Positions 61,523 to 64,000 of a stretch of DNA of 64,000 nt are shown piece after piece. The stretch lies in the NCBI GenBank assembly GCA_964035545.1, contig OZ037773.1, positions 6,725,751 through 6,789,750 of the forward strand. Reading direction: 5' to 3'. Each line of letters opens with the position of its first letter. Position 1 is the first letter of the stretch. A program made the position numbers and the translations under genes. This DNA is from Bugula neritina (taxonomy: Eukaryota; Animalia; Bryozoa). The notes below the pieces were generated by a model, which saw nothing but the letters and a program-made list of their open reading frames with translations, searched no databases and was not told the DNA's origin.

Positions 61523-62977
61523 GCCACCCAGTCCTTGCTTCATGTCAAGTAAATTCTTTGGTAACAAATGTTTCTGTAGTAAACGCAGGCATTCGTAAAA
61601 AACATTTTTGACTTGCCAAGCTTTAAAGTTATCAGTTTCATCTTTCATTCTGAAAATAACTCTGCAGTATTATATTGAAGCTTTATCGCAAGGAATCACA
61701 TACATGCATTGTATATGATACACCATGAATGAGATTTTTGTACATATTTCTGTAATTATGTCGCTTGCCAGCAATTTTTAGTGTGGTCAATTTACATTTG
61801 GACACCTTGTCTTAAACTGGAATATTCGTTGGTGTTTCTGAAAGTTTCTACTCAACAAAGCACTATGCAGTTTACAATGATGACAATTTTATAAATGTTT
61901 TTACAACTCACATGTTTACTATGTTTTAATGATCCTATACCTATTACTTAATGTAGTTTTTTTACACTGCATGTCATTTTTCTATGTTTTTTAAAAAAAC
62001 AACTTTTTAAAATAAATTTTACAAAATTTAATTGAGACTTTTCATCTTTTGATATCATTTTTGCTGGTTTCCTTTGAAACTTATATTGCACCCAAGTCTT
62101 TCAGCTAGTTGAATCAAATCAATAATTTACATGTCTTAAAATCGTACCACATAGCTAAGTTGCAACTTGATAGAATGATAGACTCAAGATGATTTGAACA
62201 GTTTGTTGCTAAATACTACAGCAGCTTGAGGGAGATTAGACTGTGTGCCAGGGTTTGTACGAGTATATAAGCATGAACCTCGGTAAGTAGGTGTAGGTTT
62301 TCAAAGGAGTTCTGCCTATTCTTACTTTATTGCTTTCGACAGTTCTTAGGTGAAATAATTTAAATGAAAGTCATATGAAAAGGAAACCAGCTATACATCG
62401 CGAGGACACTCAAATAGAGCAGTTGTTGAATAAACACAGAACACAGGTTTGTTACTGTACATGCACAATGCACATGCATGATATTGTGGAGATGTATGCC
62501 GTTTTATTATAGGTATAAAGCCAAGGCATGCATTGGAACTGGAAATTAAAGACAGAAAACATGAAGATAGATGAGAAAATAAATATCATTCATTAAATTC
62601 GAAGGTGCAAATAAATAAAACCCTGCAATCTGCATAAATTGCAAACTAAAATGGACAATTGACTAAATCAGGATCATTCAAAGTAGAATATGCTACTAGT
62701 ACTTGGACTCCATGAATAAGTTCTGAATAGAATCTGTACATCTATAAGATGCAACGCAAATATCTATCAGAAGAATAAAAATGGAGCCAAATCGATTGCA
62801 CGCGCGTTATGTAATAGCATAAGGTCAGTTCTGTACAAGATATATGTACAATAAACTCAAAAACTTAGCGCTTAGGCAGCATATGCATTAAATACTAAGT
62901 TATTCAACTACAATACAAGTCTCAAGCTGACTCAGGCTAATCTCAAAACAGATCCTATAAGGAAGAAGATAGACCAA

Positions 62978-63095
62978 TCACGGAACTGGTCTCATAAGTT
63001 TCGCTTTTCCTGTCGCGGTATCATATCGGACATTGGAGTAGAAGTCATGTGACAGGTCGTCTTGACTGTGGCTCTTCACTAACGCGGCTGGGTAC
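62978..63095 (-). CDS. Possible terminal coding exon of an unidentified minus-strand gene entering from the right edge
   Basis: A CTTTAG acceptor at 63096 is followed by an open frame YPAALVKSHSQDDLSHDFYSNVRYDTATGKAKLMRPVP*, with locally higher GC. There is a candidate upstream GTAAGT donor near 63874. No family was recognised. Confidence 0.35.
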
Positions 63096-64000
63096 CTAAA
63101 GACAACATTTCATAGAGCTAATTGGCTGACAACAGCAGTGGTAAATATATGTAATATAAACATAGTTCTCAACAACAGAGTCTTTAACCCAACAGCCACC
63201 TAGTCAACTTTAAAAATTATCAAGTATTTAATTAACAATTTGATTAACTGTTTTACAGCAGTATATTTTTATTAGTTTATTTTTTTCGAGTGAATCATAT
63301 AATGCTAAAAACCTGCAAATTTCTATCTTGTATACAAATATTTGATGCAACATACATATAGACCCAGTATAATATCCTTCTGTAAGTAAACTGTAGTTGG
63401 AATAACATAATCAACTTTCAGTTATAGATGAAACAGAAAATCTTAGCTCAACTATAATAAGGATGTAGGAAATCCGATTATTCAAGAAAGAATGTGAGAC
63501 ATGTGCTTTGAAAGAGAAATGCGTAGTGAATGAAAGACATATAACCCTTGATAACTTCCAGGAAAATAATTTTGTTACTTTTCCCACATAAATTTGCCTA
63601 GTCTTACTAAAATTGAACTCTCGGTTGAGGCAGAGTGACTGTGCATATTGTAGTCTACGTGAACCACTTCAACCGGCACTAGGAAAGAAACGTGGAACTT
63701 TGGCTGAATTATTTCCTATCAGTTATTATTCTACAGAATATGTACAGCTTCATACACCTAAATAAACGACGGACACAGCCTAACTTTGCAGTCAGAAATA
63801 TGCTAGATTTTTAGGTTATTAAAACAGGATGCAGCTAAAGATAGTGGAAATAAACTGTGACCGTAATCACTTACAATGATAAAGCAACTAGTTTGACTGA
63901 GTAATGGTCCGTTAGGACATCAACAGATGCAAAAACTCAAAACATTTGAAAATAGAAAATTGTGTGAAGATTGAGGAAATGTGCCAGCAAAGTCTGCAGT

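Overview
AT-rich, intron-rich eukaryotic DNA from an invertebrate animal. A lophotrochozoan or bryozoan-like origin is my impression only. All gene models were spliced by hand from GT-AG sites, reading phase and family motifs. From left to right: (1) the 5' part of a PPIP5K/VIP1 inositol pyrophosphate kinase-phosphatase gene on the minus strand, running off the left edge. (2) A complete WDR27 gene on the plus strand, divergent from PPIP5K and containing one U12-type intron. (3) Nested antisense inside the ~6.1 kb sixth coding intron of WDR27, a two-exon gene for an ~928 aa ankyrin-repeat plus caspase-fold protease. It has an intact His/Cys dyad, altered S1-pocket residues, an ~170 aa beta-rich intersubunit linker and an acidic hexapeptide-repeat tail; this is the most unusual element in the window. 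(4) A four-exon secreted 10-Cys prokineticin/astakine/colipase-fold peptide gene on the minus strand, essentially absent from the ORF track. (5) An eight-exon opsin with the K296 equivalent, probably xenopsin or ciliary type. (6) An initiator tRNA-Met. (7) A dispatched gene whose second coding exon acceptor is the last unit of a tandem array of AG|GT sites. (8) A possible last exon of another minus-strand gene. Introns hold a tRNA-Thr-derived SINE family with long target-site duplications, MITE-like elements, and many mini- and microsatellites.
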